From Ginsengibacter sp. (GTDB taxonomy: Bacteria; Bacteroidota; Bacteroidia; Chitinophagales; Chitinophagaceae): DNA of 64,000 nt. Within the stretch, counting starts at the first letter, position 1. Each line of letters starts with the position of its first letter. Made by a program: the position numbers and the translations under genes. Under the pieces are notes generated by a model. That model made no database searches. It was not told where the DNA came from and worked only from the letters and a program-made list of their open reading frames with translations. This document shows, piece after piece, positions 41,658-50,775 of this stretch. The DNA is taken from contig JBDTZL010000016.1 of NCBI GenBank assembly GCA_040005125.1, positions 3,495-67,494 of the forward strand, in the 5' to 3' direction.

Positions 41658-42578
41658 TTAGTTCTTTAACAATTTTATAAAGCAATCTTCGATTGACGGG
41701 GCTACGGGATAAAACTCCACATCCATATGCCCTCTGCCTTGCAGGTATGTCAATAATTCTTTTTTAATTTGCTTATCATCCTTTGTTAATGACAAGTGCA
41801 GGTATTCACCAAATGTGTAACAACTAAGCGTATCCGGATATGCATTCAGATCTTTTAGCAGGGGATATATTTTGCCTGATTTTATTTTATATAAATTAAC
41901 GGGATAAGACCGAACGATATTTTCAGGTGTTTCTATCGATAAAATTTTGCCGGTTTGTATCAGTGCAATTTTGTCGCATAATGTGGCTTCATCCATATAG
42001 GGAGTGGAAACTATGATAGTGATATCCTGTTGTTTTAATCGTTTCAGCATTTCCCAAAATTCTTTTCTTGAAACCGGATCAACCCCCGTAGTTGGCTCAT
42101 CCAAAAACAATACAGTTGGCTTGTGAATTAATGCACAGCACAAGGCAAGTTTTTGTTTCATTCCACCCGATAATTTCCCGGCCCTGCGTTTTTTGAAAGG
42201 CTCAATTTGTATGTAGATCTCTTTTATGAGATCATAATTTTCTGCTATGGTTGTGCCAAATACGGTTGCAAAGAAATTCAGATTCTCTTCAACGCTCAAA
42301 TCCTGGTAGAGCGAAAATTTTCCAGGCATATATCCAACAGTATTACGGATCTTTTTATAATCTTTCACAATATCAAAACCATTTACTGTCGCTGTTCCGC
42401 CATCCGGCAGCAGCAATGTGGTAAGTATACGGAAGATGCTTGTTTTCCCTGCGCCATCCGGGCCTATAAGGCCAAATACTTCACCTTTATTTACTGCAAA
42501 AGAAATATTATCTACAGCAATTTTCTTTTCTTTTCCATAAACTTTTGTAATGTTATTCAGTATAACTGCTTCCATCAT
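41658..42578 (-). CDS. ABC transporter ATP-binding protein
   Basis: GPDGAGKT, LSGGMKQK and FLDEPT motifs. Confidence 0.9.
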   Translation of the reverse strand: MMEAVILNNITKVYGKEKKIAVDNISFAVNKGEVFGLIGPDGAGKTSIFRILTTLLLPDGGTATVNGFDIVKDYKKIRNTVGYMPGKFSLYQDLSVEENLNFFATVFGTTIAENYDLIKEIYIQIEPFKKRRAGKLSGGMKQKLALCCALIHKPTVLFLDEPTTGVDPVSRKEFWEMLKRLKQQDITIIVSTPYMDEATLCDKIALIQTGKILSIETPENIVRSYPVNLYKIKSGKIYPLLKDLNAYPDTLSCYTFGEYLHLSLTKDDKQIKKELLTYLQGRGHMDVEFYPVAPSIEDCFIKLLKN

Positions 42579-43508
42579 TTATAATTTTACATCGGCATAC
42601 ATGCCGATCTTAAGATAGCCGTCATTTTTTACCCTGATTTTTACCGCATACACCAGGTTGGCCCGTTCATCTTTTGTTTGTATCGTTTTTGGAGTGAATT
42701 CTGCTTTGTTGCTTATCCATTCAATAGTTCCTGCATATTCTTTATACTTTTTATTGGCATCATCCACCAGCACATTCACAGGCTGGTTGATCTTAACCGA
42801 TGATAGTTGGTTCCCCGAAATATATGCCCTGAGAACAAGTATTGAGAGATCCGCAATTTTATAAAGTGGTTTACCCGTTGATGCCATTTCATTTGCCCCG
42901 GCATATTTGGCCAGTACTGTCCCGTTTACCTGGTTGATGATATTACATTTGGAGATCTGGTCGTTCAACTGTTCTATTTCTACTTTTAAAGGAACTATAT
43001 CGCCCGTGAGGCCCCTGGTTTGTGTGGTCAACTGTGAGGTTTGCGCGATATCCTGGCTGTGAATTACTTCCAGTTGCTTTTGAAGTGCGTCTACCACTCC
43101 TTTAATATCATCTAATTGTTTTGGGGTTGCGGCATCTGCTTTCACTAAATTTTCTATACGTTGCTTTTCATGCAACTGTGTATTTAACTGGCTTTGTATT
43201 ACAGCTTCCTGTTTATTAAACGAACTTGTTTGTGCGGCTATATCCGGTGATTTACTGAGCACAGATTTTATTTGTGCTTCCAGTTGTTTTTTTCGTAACC
43301 CAAGTTGAACGCTATCAATATAGCCAATATGTTGCCCGGCTTGGAGGGTCTGGCCTTCTTCAAGATTCAGTTGTTTTATTATGCCATTTGCTTCTGCAGA
43401 AACAATTGTTTCGGTTGTTTCAAAAGTGCCGGAAGCATCATATTTATTTTTTTCATTGTTGCACGAGAATAAGCCGATAGCCGATACAATGAGAATTATT
43501 TTTTTCAT
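42579..43508 (-). CDS. HlyD family periplasmic adaptor (YbhG-like)
   Basis: Lipobox LFSC, ASGTFE, coiled coil and AEFTPKTIQT..ER..LVY motifs. Confidence 0.9.
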   Translation of the reverse strand: MKKIILIVSAIGLFSCNNEKNKYDASGTFETTETIVSAEANGIIKQLNLEEGQTLQAGQHIGYIDSVQLGLRKKQLEAQIKSVLSKSPDIAAQTSSFNKQEAVIQSQLNTQLHEKQRIENLVKADAATPKQLDDIKGVVDALQKQLEVIHSQDIAQTSQLTTQTRGLTGDIVPLKVEIEQLNDQISKCNIINQVNGTVLAKYAGANEMASTGKPLYKIADLSILVLRAYISGNQLSSVKINQPVNVLVDDANKKYKEYAGTIEWISNKAEFTPKTIQTKDERANLVYAVKIRVKNDGYLKIGMYADVKL

Positions 43509-43526
43509 GTTGGTGAAATTTGATTA

Positions 43527-44789
43527 TTAATTTCCTGATGTTGTTTTTTGATCATATTGTGCCTCGAGTAGTTGTATTTCATGAAGTAACCGGCTTTGCA
43601 TTGCCCCTGCTTCAGCATTCACTTCGCGCAGGTAATCGCTTGAATTTATTACACCAAAATCTAATTGAGCCGTTGCAGTATTTTTTACCTTACTACGCAT
43701 CTGGATTATCCGGTCATCTGATTTTATTAGTTCCTGTAATTTTAATATTTCTGCGTTTTGTTGCTTTAAAGTGCTATTGGTATTGAACAGGAATGTTTCT
43801 TTCTGTATTTCTATAGATTTGCGGCTGTTTTCCAATAAGGCTTTTTCTTTTTTATAGGTATAAAATCCGGATAATGACCAGTTAAATCTTACGCCACCAA
43901 TATAGTATCCCGCAAATTCATTTTTTAGCAGATTTAGTGCAGGCCTGCCATACCCTGCGTCGGCAAACAGGCTGATTTTGGGTTGAATTTTGGCATTGAT
44001 TAATCTATCCTGAACATCAATTGCTTTTTTCTCGGTGTCAAAAAGCGATAATTCAGGCCTGCTGATATTTTGAGAAATAGAAATTTGTGCGGGTTTTTCG
44101 AGCGAGGTGGTTTCATCCAGAGATTGGTTGACAAATTGCCCCAGCATGTCAAGATATGCCTGTTGAGTGGCCCTTACTTCTATGCTATGCTGGTCAACTT
44201 GTAATAGTTCTGCCTCTAAAACATCTGAGCTGCTTTTTAAGGCAGTCCCATTTGCTATAGACGCATTGGTTTTTGTAATGCCATTCTGAATATCTTTTTT
44301 TTGAATTTCAGTTAAAAGGTATTGTTCTTTTACCAATAAAATTCCAAAGAAAAGTTGATTGATGCGTTCTTTTAGCTTATACAATTGAACTTCAAGGTTT
44401 TGATCATCAGTGGCTGCATTTGCTTCTATTGATTGCTTTTGCATTTTTATAACGCCACCATCAGATATTGTTTGATTCACTTCCGCATAAATTTTATATT
44501 GATCTTTGCCGATAGTTGGAATAACGGTATTGGGAATTTTTATTGGTATTTCTGTAACATCCGATTGGTAGGTTCCCTGCCCATTAATGCTGAACTGCGG
44601 TAAATAACCTCTTGAAGCATTTTCAATTGAATATTCTTTACTTTTTGAAATAATTTCTTTCTGTTTTATTAGCGGATAATTTTGGCGTGCCAGTTTGTAA
44701 CAATCTTCAATTGTAAGGGTTTTTGCCGTTTGTGCACTCGCCACAAGAAGTACACTGAAAGCGAAAGTTGTTAGAATTATAAGTCTCAT
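43527..44789 (-). CDS. TolC family outer-membrane efflux protein
   Basis: Signal peptide, LTIEDC..LA..NYP and GYGRP.LN motifs; first gene of the HlyD/ABC operon. Confidence 0.88.
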   Translation of the reverse strand: MRLIILTTFAFSVLLVASAQTAKTLTIEDCYKLARQNYPLIKQKEIISKSKEYSIENASRGYLPQFSINGQGTYQSDVTEIPIKIPNTVIPTIGKDQYKIYAEVNQTISDGGVIKMQKQSIEANAATDDQNLEVQLYKLKERINQLFFGILLVKEQYLLTEIQKKDIQNGITKTNASIANGTALKSSSDVLEAELLQVDQHSIEVRATQQAYLDMLGQFVNQSLDETTSLEKPAQISISQNISRPELSLFDTEKKAIDVQDRLINAKIQPKISLFADAGYGRPALNLLKNEFAGYYIGGVRFNWSLSGFYTYKKEKALLENSRKSIEIQKETFLFNTNSTLKQQNAEILKLQELIKSDDRIIQMRSKVKNTATAQLDFGVINSSDYLREVNAEAGAMQSRLLHEIQLLEAQYDQKTTSGN

Positions 44790-44965
44790 TTTTTATTTTT
44801 TTATCAATGTATTTGACCTAAATACCGGTAAAGGCCTGCCTGGTAATCACAGGAAAATAATTTTCGACAATGAGTTTGCCGGCATTGTTGTTTTTAATAT
44901 ATGCTCTTCATTTTTTAAATGCTATACAAAGAGACAGTATGAAGCGTAGTTATGCAAACAAAAAA

Positions 44966-44998
44966 CAACGAGCCGGAGATATCAGCCAGCGAGACGGA
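44966..44998 (-). promoter_or_regulatory. Putative LytTR-binding direct repeat
   Basis: CAACGAGCCGGA (44966) and CAGCGAGACGGA (44987) have a 21-bp period and lie about 32 bp upstream of a degenerate -7 box (TCTCTTTG, minus strand) for the tolC operon. Confidence 0.6.
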
Positions 44999-45002
44999 AA
45001 GC

Positions 45003-45764
45003 TCAATCAAACCACTTTTTAAATTCAGCAGCTTTTTCTTTGCTTACAATACAATCAATTGTTTTAATACCCCGCAACTTCAGGATTAGTTTTCCGGTAT
45101 CGTCTCCGCGATAACTTTCAATGAACGGCAAATGAACCAGGTGTTGGCGGTTGGCCCGATAAAATATTTTGGGATTTATTAATTCTTCCACTTCATCCAG
45201 AGAACGGAAATCAGTGATAAACCGGTTGCCACCCGTGTTGATCAAAAAAATTATTTCTTCCTTTATAAATAATGCAATATCCGCCACAGGTATTAGTGTT
45301 ACAGAGCGCCCGATGTGTACCGCGAATCTTTCTTTATAACGTTTGCCTTTATTCAGATCCTTAAATAATTCTTTCATCTCATCGAGGTACGTAGCATTGG
45401 TAAATTTTGATTGCAGGAAATGAAACTTTTGAAAAGCATCCTGTAATTCTTTTTTATCAACGGGTTTTAGTAAATAATCAATGCTATTTACTTTAAATGC
45501 CCTGATGGCATATTCGTTATAGGCAGTGGTAAATATGATCGGACAGTTTGTTTTTTGTTCATAAAAGATATCGAGGCTTATGCCATCTGCCAATTGGATA
45601 TCAGATAATATCAGGTCGGGTTGAACATTTTCTTCAAGCCACTTCAGCGATGCTTTAACGGTCGGTATGGGGCCGGCCAGTTCTGCGGATGGTTCTAATT
45701 GCTTTACCATTTTCATGAGGCTTTCAGCCACCAGTGTTTCATCTTCAATCACTAATATTTTCAT
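45003..45764 (-). CDS. LytTR family response regulator
   Basis: IEDE, DIQL.DG, FTTAY, IDYLLKP and FYRANRQ motifs. Confidence 0.92.
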   Translation of the reverse strand: MKILVIEDETLVAESLMKMVKQLEPSAELAGPIPTVKASLKWLEENVQPDLILSDIQLADGISLDIFYEQKTNCPIIFTTAYNEYAIRAFKVNSIDYLLKPVDKKELQDAFQKFHFLQSKFTNATYLDEMKELFKDLNKGKRYKERFAVHIGRSVTLIPVADIALFIKEEIIFLINTGGNRFITDFRSLDEVEELINPKIFYRANRQHLVHLPFIESYRGDDTGKLILKLRGIKTIDCIVSKEKAAEFKKWFD

Positions 45765-46780
45765 AGTAACGGTAAATTTATTTCAAAGCTTTTTTCGCCG
45801 TCTTGTATTATCACAGGTTTGTTTGTTAAATAAGAATACAGTTCTTTAAGTTGTTGCAGGCCTTGTTTATTGGAGGTTTCAATCTGCTTACGCAATTGTT
45901 TGTTGTTGCGGACATGCAAATATTCACCCTCATCCCATATGCTGATCTTTAAAGGGCTTTCAGCCTGCAGGGCATTGTGTTTAATGGCATTGTCGATCAG
46001 CATTTGCAAGGTAACCATTACGATACCTTTTTCTTTACCGGGTGAAGAAATATCCATATTAATTTCCAATACGCTGTTATATCTCATATGTAATAATGAG
46101 ATATAGTGTTTGATAAAATCAATTTCGGTTTGCAGGCTTACTACTTCATTTTCTTTATGCTCCAACACATAACGGTATACCTTTGATAAATGCCGTATAA
46201 ATTCTGATGCCAGTTCAGGATTGGTTTGTATCAAGCCATCCAAGGAAGTAAACGTATTGAATAAAAAATGAGGATTTACCTGGTTGCGTAAATTGTGATA
46301 TTGCATAATCGATTTATCTTTTTCCATTTCAGCAGCCCCAACCTGTAACGCTGCCTTTTCTTCAACAGACTGCTGCCACTGACGAAAAAAATAATATGCT
46401 GACGATCCTAAATTTAATAGTACGACCATAACACTCAACAAAACAAATCCGAGTGTAATAAACTGTTTATTGGCAAAAGAAGGTAAATACGGCCTTCCAA
46501 CAACCGCCAAAAAAGCAAAGACAGGTTCAAACACTAAAAGCGAAGCTCCGATTTGTATAAACAGCCGCAGCGAAACATTTTGGCTGAAAGGAATTTTTTT
46601 GTCAAGGTAATTGCTCAGGACTTTTATCATTAGCCAGATGCCGCATAATAAAATGAACTGTCCCAAAAATGCGAGCATTTGTATTTCAAATGACCATTCA
46701 GGTATCATATAATACCTGATAAGCGTTATAATTGTTGTAAAAATGAAGATTGCTATATATGGTACGTAGGCCCACTTCAT
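45761..46780 (-). CDS. LytS-type sensor histidine kinase
   Basis: Four TM segments, QVNPHFLFN H-box and LQMLIDNAIKHN; ATGA overlap with the regulator. Confidence 0.9.
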   Translation of the reverse strand: MKWAYVPYIAIFIFTTIITLIRYYMIPEWSFEIQMLAFLGQFILLCGIWLMIKVLSNYLDKKIPFSQNVSLRLFIQIGASLLVFEPVFAFLAVVGRPYLPSFANKQFITLGFVLLSVMVVLLNLGSSAYYFFRQWQQSVEEKAALQVGAAEMEKDKSIMQYHNLRNQVNPHFLFNTFTSLDGLIQTNPELASEFIRHLSKVYRYVLEHKENEVVSLQTEIDFIKHYISLLHMRYNSVLEINMDISSPGKEKGIVMVTLQMLIDNAIKHNALQAESPLKISIWDEGEYLHVRNNKQLRKQIETSNKQGLQQLKELYSYLTNKPVIIQDGEKSFEINLPLL

Positions 46781-46860
46781 ATTTAATTTTTACAAATTTT
46801 CATCATGCATTTAATAAGTTTGGCTCAATTGCTTATAGACTGAGTGAACATGATTTTCGG

Positions 46861-47088
46861 ATGCAAGTTATTAAAAGCATCAGGGCCTTTATAACTGAAA
46901 TCATGGAAGCAGAAGAAAATAACAGGAAAGCAGAAAATATTTGGATAGAACAGGAAGAGCCTTTTTGTGTTTCAGCTTATAAACTAAACCTGAATATGCA
47001 AAATTCACAAAATACTTTGGCAAGTGAATCTTTGTTAAACCTCTCTCCGGCAGAAATTATAGAAATATTGATAGCCGGGGAATCATAA
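46861..47088 (+). CDS. Small acidic hypothetical protein
   Basis: 75-aa ORF from ATG 46861, with TAAGTTTG at 46815-46822 upstream and the 47148 terminator downstream. Confidence 0.45.
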   Translation: MQVIKSIRAFITEIMEAEENNRKAENIWIEQEEPFCVSAYKLNLNMQNSQNTLASESLLNLSPAEIIEILIAGES

Positions 47089-47147
47089 TTGAAGCTCTCA
47101 TGATTTTTTTATCAATTTCCATTTCTCAATTTATTTTGCTTAATCGC

Positions 47148-47181
47148 AAAAAAAACCCAGGGAAATCCCTGGGCTATTTTT
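47148..47181. terminator. Bidirectional terminator
   Basis: AAAAAAAA-CCCAGGG-AAAT-CCCTGGG-CTATTTTT. Confidence 0.75.
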
Positions 47182-47305
47182 AGATCAGTTTCTCTAGGAG
47201 GTTCAATTATGCGGTTTCTCCAGGGGGTTCAATTATTTGGTTTCTCCCGGGGTTCAATTATTTTCTATGAGGGAAATTATGTTGAAATACAATTATATAA
47301 TCCTG
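47148..47305 (-). ncRNA. Candidate tandem-repeat small RNA
   Basis: Minus-strand TAGCTTTG promoter (47309-47316), three 26-nt-period repeats (47188, 47214, 47240) and a terminator; no long ORF. Confidence 0.5.
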
Positions 47306-47761
47306 GTGCAAAGCTAGTTAGAGATATGTTAAAATATGTGGTAAACGTACGTTCGTAAAAGCCCTTTTTTTACCCTTATCTTCTCGGAAATTACTGTCAT
47401 AAAATCAATGACTGAACTCAAAATCAGCGTCAATTTTACTTCCGGGTTATTAATAATATCCGGCTATATACATGGGGCTTTGCATTCATAAATCATACGA
47501 ACATATATCACTTTTCGTAAGGGAGAAAAACAGGAATCTATTTTCGGAATTACAGGAGAAGATTAGCAGGGCTGAGAATTAAGTAATTATGCCGGCTTTT
47601 TACATTCATGTAAAACTATCCTATTATGTCGAATACAATATTTTTGTCATAGTTAATAACTTCATCAGCATTGATTAATTGTTGCTTACATTAATACAAT
47701 CAACTTAAGTAACTCAATAGATTGATTAAATTAAATAGTGGGATTGAACTAATATTTAACT

Positions 47762-47941
47762 TTAATGGCTTCTGTTTAAAATAAAAAGACCTGAAAATAA
47801 AAATGCGAGAGCACAAAGGCCAAGGCAAAGTAAGAATGTAGGGTTAAAGCTTTGGCTGTTTAACAAGAAGAGAAGGAATAGAGGCGCGATACCCACGCCA
47901 ACTATAATTAAACAAAAGCCGAACAAGTGTTTAAAACCCAT
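47762..47941 (-). CDS. 59-aa two-TM membrane microprotein (below the ORF-track cutoff)
   Basis: MGFKHLFGFCLIIVGVGIAPLFLLFLLNSQSFNPTFLLCLGLCALAFLFSGLFILNRSH*; consensus TACTTTTG promoter at 48003-48010 (minus strand). Confidence 0.6.
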   Translation of the reverse strand: MGFKHLFGFCLIIVGVGIAPLFLLFLLNSQSFNPTFLLCLGLCALAFLFSGLFILNRSH

Positions 47942-48145
47942 ACTGGATAATTTCTATGGTTAAAGGGAAATGAAACCCATCGTTTCATTTTGTTTCAGAC
48001 TGCAAAAGTAATAAGCAGATTTTAAAAAATCAAATTTGTATTATGTTAATATGTGCCTGTATGTTTGGAATTTGACATTAAACGAAAATAAAAGTTAACG
48101 ATTTGGGGCCGCATTAAAAAATAAACCAGCAAATGAAAGCGTGAA

Positions 48146-48859
48146 TTATTTGCCTGGCCTGGATGGCCTCACTTCAATCTTACTGGGAAGTGTTCTTGGA
48201 TTCATGCTTAAAAGATCTGCTACTATCTGGCCAATATCTTCAGGTTGTATTTTCCATGAATCCGCATCGTTGGGAATATGATTATTAAAATTTGTTGCAA
48301 CTGAACCGGGCATAATCGTAGCAACCTTAATACCATGTTTGCGGAGATCGAGCATAATGGCCTGTGTAAACCCTACAAGGCCAAACTTACTGGCATTATA
48401 CGCAGCTCCGTTCTCAAAAAAATTAGTGCCTGCAAGACTGGCGATTGTAATAATATAACCCTGGGACTCTTTTAATGCTTCCAGGCTTGCTTTTACACTA
48501 TTGAAAACACCGGTTAGGTTGGTATCGATAGTACTTTTCCAGTCTTCTTCAGTTAAGTTTTCAATGGCAGCAAAATGACCTACACCTGCATTGGCGATTA
48601 ACACATCAAGCTTACCGAAATGATCAATGGTGGCCCTGACCGCTTTGGCTTCACCGGCCAGGGAACTTACATCCGATTCCAAAGCAAGCACCTTTAAAGG
48701 ATCTTTACTTAATGATTCTGCGGCTTGCCTTGCAGATGAGATCGTGCGGCTTGTAATGGCAACTTTCATCCCATTATCCAGTAAAGTTTTTGCTATACCA
48801 TATCCTATGCCTTTACTTCCGCCTGTTATATAGGCAACTTTATTTGTAAGGTTATTCAT
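48146..48859 (-). CDS. SDR family oxidoreductase
   Basis: TGGSKGIG, ANAG, YNASK and SKIEVRP motifs. Confidence 0.9.
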   Translation of the reverse strand: MNNLTNKVAYITGGSKGIGYGIAKTLLDNGMKVAITSRTISSARQAAESLSKDPLKVLALESDVSSLAGEAKAVRATIDHFGKLDVLIANAGVGHFAAIENLTEEDWKSTIDTNLTGVFNSVKASLEALKESQGYIITIASLAGTNFFENGAAYNASKFGLVGFTQAIMLDLRKHGIKVATIMPGSVATNFNNHIPNDADSWKIQPEDIGQIVADLLSMNPRTLPSKIEVRPSRPGK

Positions 48860-49046
48860 AATAATTATTAAGTTTTGATTGAATATTTATTCTAAAAAGA
48901 CGTTTGCTTTACCTACTTAAAAGTAACAATTAATTCTATTACTCTGCTTCTCTGTCCTCCGTGGAATCTTGTGTGTTGCCGGATACGACCCGCCGATGCA
49001 CAACAACAGTGATGAATGATTTCTTTTTGCCCAGCCAACACTTTAT

Positions 49047-49340
49047 TTAGTTAAGCCGTGGGCCGGAAGCGGGTTTGTTAGTTTCAAAGAATGGCTTGCG
49101 CGGATTTTTTCGCATTCGGTCATCGATCTGTTCAGCCAGCCATTGAAAGTACTCGCCAAGAAAAGGATCCGGTTGTTTCTCACGTATGTCCATAAAGAAT
49201 GTTTTGTATTTCTCCCAGGAAGCCGTAACCAATGAGCCAAGCGTTTTATCCACGAGGTCAATGTTTATAAGCCGCTCTGCGACCAGAATACCGAGAGATT
49301 CCATTTCCTGCGCAAACATCTGAAGAACTCCATACATCAT
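49047..49340 (-). pseudogene. C-terminal fragment of a DUF4760-like protein
   Basis: ESLGILV...LI.IDLV....G..V...W..........R.......EYFQWL; lacks the N-terminal TM segment. Confidence 0.45.
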
Positions 49341-49343
49341 TAT

Positions 49344-49458
49344 TCAGCATAAATATTGTGCTTCTGATTTACCAGGAATAATTAAATTACTTGTTTCAAC
49401 AGCATCAAATAGTTTGATGGTAATTTTTTCTGCATTCTCTAAATTTCTTTTGGTCTTT
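49344..49458 (-). pseudogene. N-terminal remnant resembling a Bacteroidota M24 peptidase-family protein
   Basis: KTKRNLENAEKITIKLFDAVETSNLIIPGKSEAQ followed shortly by a stop; no start codon. Confidence 0.35.
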
Positions 49459-49479
49459 TAATTTCTTTTAATTTATTTT

Positions 49480-49863
49480 CTATTGGAGCGCTATGCACTC
49501 TACAGAAATTAAAATGCCGGCAGGAAATGGCATCACCTGCGGAACACTGCGAGCCGGAGCATCATCAGGAAAAAATTCCTGGTAAACTTTATTTATAACA
49601 CTAAAATCATTGCCTGCCACCATAAATATTGTTGTCTTCACAACTTTGCCAAGGCTGCCGCCTGCTTCTTCTAAAATGATTTTAATGTTTTGAAAACATT
49701 GCCTGGCTTGCTCTTCGAAATTATTTGAAGCCACGGAACCTGTGGCGGGATCAATGCCTGCCATCCCTGAAAGGAAAATAAAATCATTTGCAATGACAGC
49801 CTGGGGGAAAAGCTGTGACATGCGGGTAATCTTTGATGTATTGAAATTTTTTCTTTCTACCAT
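49480..49863 (-). CDS. RidA/YjgF family protein
   Basis: QAV...FIFLSG..G.DP, QARQCF.NI..IL..AG, VVK.T, PARS and VEC.A motifs. Confidence 0.9.
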   Translation of the reverse strand: MVERKNFNTSKITRMSQLFPQAVIANDFIFLSGMAGIDPATGSVASNNFEEQARQCFQNIKIILEEAGGSLGKVVKTTIFMVAGNDFSVINKVYQEFFPDDAPARSVPQVMPFPAGILISVECIALQ

Positions 49864-49895
49864 GTTTTATGTTTTTAATAAACTTCTAATTGGGT

Positions 49896-50672
49896 CTAAC
49901 AGTATTGGTTTAAAATGTGGCTTAAAATTTCCGATTTATTAATAAGCTCATTGCTTTCAATATTCTTTACAGAAACGATGCCTGGTAATTCTTTATACAA
50001 TTCCGGCAGTTTTAAAATTCCTGCTACCTGATCTTTAATCCATTTATTGTACGCTATTGGATACGTTTTATGTTTGATAAACAACGTTTGCAGAAATTTT
50101 TGAAACGCTGCATATAATTTGTCAAAAGCCTGAAAATATAAACCTCTTTTAACGAAAAGTGGAATATGGTTTAAGTCATAAACGCAAGCTTCCTTCGCTA
50201 ATTGCAGTCTTTGATTTTGAAGTGTGTCGTCATAATATGGCAGCCACTTTATTTTTAATTTTTTGAAATATTCACCCTCTTTGATCAAAGGTTTGGAATA
50301 CAGTAACCTGTTTCCTATTTCAACTTCAAAAAAATCTACGGCAGCGCCATTCTCCCAAATGGCAGGTTCAAAAATGCCATCAATAATATCTAAGTGTAAT
50401 TGGGCAAACCGGTTTGATTTTATATATTGATTTAATATTGAACTGGAATTTAAAAAGTACTGCCAGGTATTTTCAAGCGCTGAAATTTCTGTCTTGAGAG
50501 TTGCTTCAGAAACTAAAACAGCCATGTCTATGTCACTATCGGCTGTTCCTTTTCCCCTTGCGAGTGAATTAACTAATAAAATAGTATCAACATTCTTTTG
50601 CCGAAGAAAAAAATCTTTTACAATAGCAACTGATTGCTTATGGAATTCTGTAGGAAATATTATTTCTGTCAT
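49896..50672 (-). CDS. Pol-beta superfamily nucleotidyltransferase with a helical C-terminal domain
   Basis: NSLARG...DSDID motif and C-terminal YPIAYNKW; ATG at 50672. Confidence 0.75.
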   Translation of the reverse strand: MTEIIFPTEFHKQSVAIVKDFFLRQKNVDTILLVNSLARGKGTADSDIDMAVLVSEATLKTEISALENTWQYFLNSSSILNQYIKSNRFAQLHLDIIDGIFEPAIWENGAAVDFFEVEIGNRLLYSKPLIKEGEYFKKLKIKWLPYYDDTLQNQRLQLAKEACVYDLNHIPLFVKRGLYFQAFDKLYAAFQKFLQTLFIKHKTYPIAYNKWIKDQVAGILKLPELYKELPGIVSVKNIESNELINKSEILSHILNQYC

Positions 50673-50775
50673 ATTAAACCTTGTTTTTGAATTGAAGACC
50701 GTAATCCTCGTACCGGCTATCGGAAAAGTATTGCCGAAGTACATTCGGACTTCATATTTATGTTCAACTTATTGG

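Noticed and set aside
47188-47280. Repeat array as a CRISPR array
   Set aside because: Units are separated by only 3 nt, there are no unique ~30-nt spacers, and there are no cas genes in the window
47148-47305. Repeat array as a canonical type III TA locus (toxI-toxN)
   Set aside because: No co-directional ToxN/CptN/TenpN-like ORF follows the terminator. The next ORF is on the opposite strand, and the next same-strand gene is the kinase
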